Assembly (NCBI GenBank): GCA_030390025.1
Contig: CM059432.1
Span: forward strand, 149,236,001 to 149,300,000
Length of the DNA: 64,000 nt
Direction of reading: 5' to 3'
Source: Squalus acanthias
Lineage: Eukaryota
Of this stretch, positions 60,543-64,000 are shown one piece after another. Below the pieces are notes generated by a model, which had not been told where the DNA came from, did no database searches, and saw only the letters and a list, made by a program, of their open reading frames with translations. A program made the position numbers and the translations under genes. Numbering within the stretch: position 1 is the stretch's first letter; every line of letters begins with the position of its first letter.

Positions 60543-62150
60543 GGCCTAGAGATTCGATTCGGCCGGAAACTAGCCTCTGCCATCACGGGCCGATGTTAAC
60601 GGCCGCCCACAAAAAGAGCACAGGCAGCACAGATATGTTGGTGCTGCCTGCTGATATAAATTAGCGCAGCGCAAAACCTGCTGTCTAAGGCGCTGTTTCG
60701 GGCGGTTATCTCAGCAGGAAGCCCAATGTACCGTGGCTGTAGCGTCCCTGGAGCGAGGCAGCGTTGTCTTAAAGCTAGCCTTTCATTTTGGAAAGCAGTG
60801 TCAATCCCTTAAAGGGGAGCTGCCTTCTAAAATGAAAAAAAGAAAAATCGTTTAAAAATAGGCAGTCTTTAGCGCTTAGAGCTCAACTGCCTTCTGAAAA
60901 AAAAATAAACATTAAAAATAATTCCGAAATGGCAGTCTTCCGTTGAACTACCTTCCGCACGTAAAAAAATGGTAAAAGTGCTTCTGCACTAACACAACTG
61001 GCACAAGCAGCCAGGGAAGGGGCACCAGGGTCTCGCACACAGCACTCCAGCTTTGTGCAGGGGGTCAACACTGTAAGAGAGGTCCTCTACCCACAGGGGC
61101 CAGGAGGCCCTCCAGGAAGAACGATGTGGGACCAGATCACCGAGGCTGTCACTGCCAGCAGTGTCGCTCCCACACCTGGCTCCAGCGCCCAAAGAAGCTT
61201 CATGACTTCAGACCACTGGTCAAGGTCAGTGAATGCATCTTCAAAAGTCGTCTCCTACCAACTGCACCACGAGCCTCACACACTGCTCAATGCACAACCA
61301 CCACCCCCAACATCACTCACCTACCAACAATCTCTACCAATCACGAGGCACACCTCACATTCCTAGCTTCACCTAACCCCCTTGGAGGAGACGGTACTGG
61401 CCATTCTTGGCAGGGGCATGGCTGAGCCCTTGGCCAGCGGCAGGGCTGAAAGGATGCAAGATGCCGGTATCCTCACACTTTATCCTCCTCCTCACATCCC
61501 ACTTCCCCCTCATCCCACATAATCTTCTAATTTACAAGCTGCGAATGGTGTAAGCATGCAGCTCTTGCTTTACTGCCCTCCCCTCACCCCAACTCTATCC
61601 TAGTGCTTTCCTCATTTCACACACCCAAGAAATCCAGCCTGCCCAGCCAGTGGTTGGCAGAAGGAGGAGAGGGCGAGGGAGAAGGAGAAGAAACACCGTC
61701 ACTCGATTTCACACTCCCAGCCACCAACTCCTCAAGGTCGCCCTGCAAGGCCAACTGCAGTGTCCCCCACTGAAAGTCAGCAGCCTTCCACCAGCCATGC
61801 TGCAGCCACTGGAATAGCACTGCGTGACATCACTAGGATAGGCAAAGGCACATAATCACATGCCCCTTAACACGCTGCATGCATGGAACGCTGGTGCCAC
61901 CAATGTTGCTGTGGGAGGAGTTTAAATTTTAAATGCACTAGTGCAATCAATCACAGAGTGACCATTGCGGCAGATTCAAATTTCCGAAACATCAGCCAGT
62001 GTCGCCAGTCACCCCAGTGTCCCAGGGCGCTGCAGCAATATCCCCGCCATCACTACCAAACGGGGTGGGGGGTGGGGCACCCAGTTCGCACACTAATTAC
62101 TTAAATCACTCTGATCCCAGAACATTGGCCTGGGCCAGGGTTGGGTGGAA
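60543..62150 (+). mobile_element. Decayed Harbinger-type transposon with Myb/SANT-like gene remnant
   Basis: REVLYP...WDQITEAVTASS / TWLQRPKKLHDF / LEETVLAILG in shifting frames (61055-61420); boundaries approximate. Confidence 0.55.
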
Positions 62151-62185
62151 GTCCCAACCCATCAAAGACCCACCTTTACTTAAGT

Positions 62186-62650
62186 GTCAGCCATGGCTCA
62201 GTGGGTAGCACTCTCGCCTCGGAGTCAGAAGGTTGTGGGTTCATAGTCCCACTCCAGAGACTTGAGCACATAATCCAGGCTGACACTCCAGTGCAGTGCT
62301 GAGGGAGTGCTGCACTGTCGGAGGTGCCATCTTTCGGATGAAACGTTAAACCGAGGCCCCGTCTGCTCTCTCAGGTGGACGTAAAAGATCCCATGGCACT
62401 ATTTCGAAGAAGAGCAGGGGAGTTCTCCCCGGTGTCTTGGCCAATATTTATCCCTCAATCAACATAACAAAAACAGATTATCTGGGCATTTTCACATTGC
62501 TGTTTGTGGGAGCTTGCTGTGCGCAAATTGGCTGTTGCGTTTCCTACATTACAACAGTGACTACACTCCAAAAGTACTTCATTGGCTGTAAAGTGCTTTG
62601 AGACGTCCGGTGGTCGTGAAAGGCGCTATATAAATGCAAGTCTTTCTTTA
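62186..62650 (+). mobile_element. DeuSINE (SacSINE1-like), full length
   Basis: tggctcagtgg A-box, Deu domain tcggatgaaacgttaaaccgaggcccc, tail tatataaatgcaagtctttctt. Confidence 0.9.
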
Positions 62651-62737
62651 AAGAGGGTAATCCTGGCCTCAGTACCTCGGTAGAGGTAAGTCACAAAATT
62701 GAGAGGTTCCTCTCCCGGTGCAGAGTCTCATCCTGAT

Positions 62738-64000
62738 TATAAGAACATAAGAAATAGGAGCAGGAGTAGGCCATTCGGCCCTTCGAGCCTGCTCTGCCAT
62801 TCAATGAGATCATGGCTGATCTCCTGCCTCAATTCCATTCACCGGCCCTATCGCCATATCCCTTGATGCCCTTACTAGTCAGAAATCTATCGACTTCTGT
62901 TTTGAATATACCCAATGACTGAGCCTCCACAGCCCTCTGGGGTCGAGAATTCCGAAGATTCACCACCCTCTGAGTGAAGACATTTCTTCTCATCTCAGTC
63001 CTGAATGGCCTACCCTTTATCCTGAGGCTGTGGCCACTGGTTCGAGACTCCCCAGCCAAGGGAAACATTCTCCCAGCATCCACCCTATCAAGCCCTGTAA
63101 TAATTTTGTATACTTCAATGAGATCCCCTCTCATTCTTCTGAATTCAAGAGAATACAGGCCTAGTTTACTCAATCTCTTCTCATACGACAGTCCCGCCAT
63201 CCCAGGAATCAATCTCGTGAACCTTCGTTGCACTCCCTCTACGGCAAGTATATCCTTCCTTAGGTAAGGAGACCAAAATTGTACACAGTACTCCAGGTGT
63301 GGTCTCACCAAGGCCCTATATAATTGGAGTAAGACTTCTTTACTCCTGTACTCAAATCCTCTTGTAATGAAGGCCAGCATACCATTTGCCTTCCTAATGG
63401 CTTGCTGCACCTGCACATTCACTTTCAGTGACTCATGTACAAGGACACCCAGGTCCCTTTGAGCATCTGCATTCCCCAATCTTTCACCATTGAGGAAATA
63501 CTCTACCTTTCTGTTTTTTCTACCAAAGTGGATAACTTCACATTTATCCACATTATATTCCATCTGCCATGTTCTCGCCCACTCACTGAGCCTGTCGAGA
63601 TCCCCTTGAAGCCTCTTCACATCCTCTTCGCAACTGACACTGCCACCTAGCTTTGTATCATCAGCAAATTTGGAAATGTTACATTTAGTCCCCTCATCCA
63701 AATCATTGATATAGATTGTGAATAGCTGGGGCCTAAGCACCGATCCTTGCGGTACACCACTAGTCACAGCTTGCCATCCTGAAAAAGACCCGTTTATCCC
63801 TACTCTTTGTTTTCTGTCTGTTAACCAATTCTCAATCCATGCTAGTATATTACACCCAATTCCATGTACCCTAATTTTGTTCACCAACCTCTTGTGTGGG
63901 ACCTTATCGAAGGTATTCTGAAAATCCAGATACACCACATCTACCGGTTCCCCTTTGTCTACTCCACTAGTTACATCCTCAAAGAACTCCAATAGGTTTG
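62738..64000 (-). mobile_element. Young CR1 LINE, ORF2 open to the window edge
   Basis: 387-aa uninterrupted RT ORF 62829-63992 (KFADDTKL); ttcttatgttcttat tail. Confidence 0.93.

Overview
Vertebrate genomic DNA, most likely a cartilaginous fish (inferred from SacSINE1-like DeuSINEs and shark-type CR1/Penelope repeats). Two spliced genes lie tail-to-tail, as in human. The last six coding exons of LRRFIP2 are on + (147-15479). MLH1 exons equivalent to human exons 10-19 are on - (54094 down to 24407). All exons have GT-AG boundaries and compatible phases except MLH1 exon 18, which is 124 nt, out of frame and has an in-frame TGA; this is either a real frameshift or an assembly indel. More than half of the window is repeats: several CR1 LINE families (often nested), a CR1/L2-group LINE with a tRNA-like head, DeuSINEs, Penelope-derived pieces with hammerhead-ribozyme cores, Harbinger-type elements (one MITE with a run of hairpins), a solo LTR and three minisatellites (27 bp, 23 bp, 26/28 bp). 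I found no CRISPR array and no convincing wholly new multi-gene system. The best leads are the MLH1 frameshift, the ribozyme-bearing elements, the multi-hairpin MITE and the tRNA-headed LINE. All calls were made by eye; repeat boundaries are approximate.
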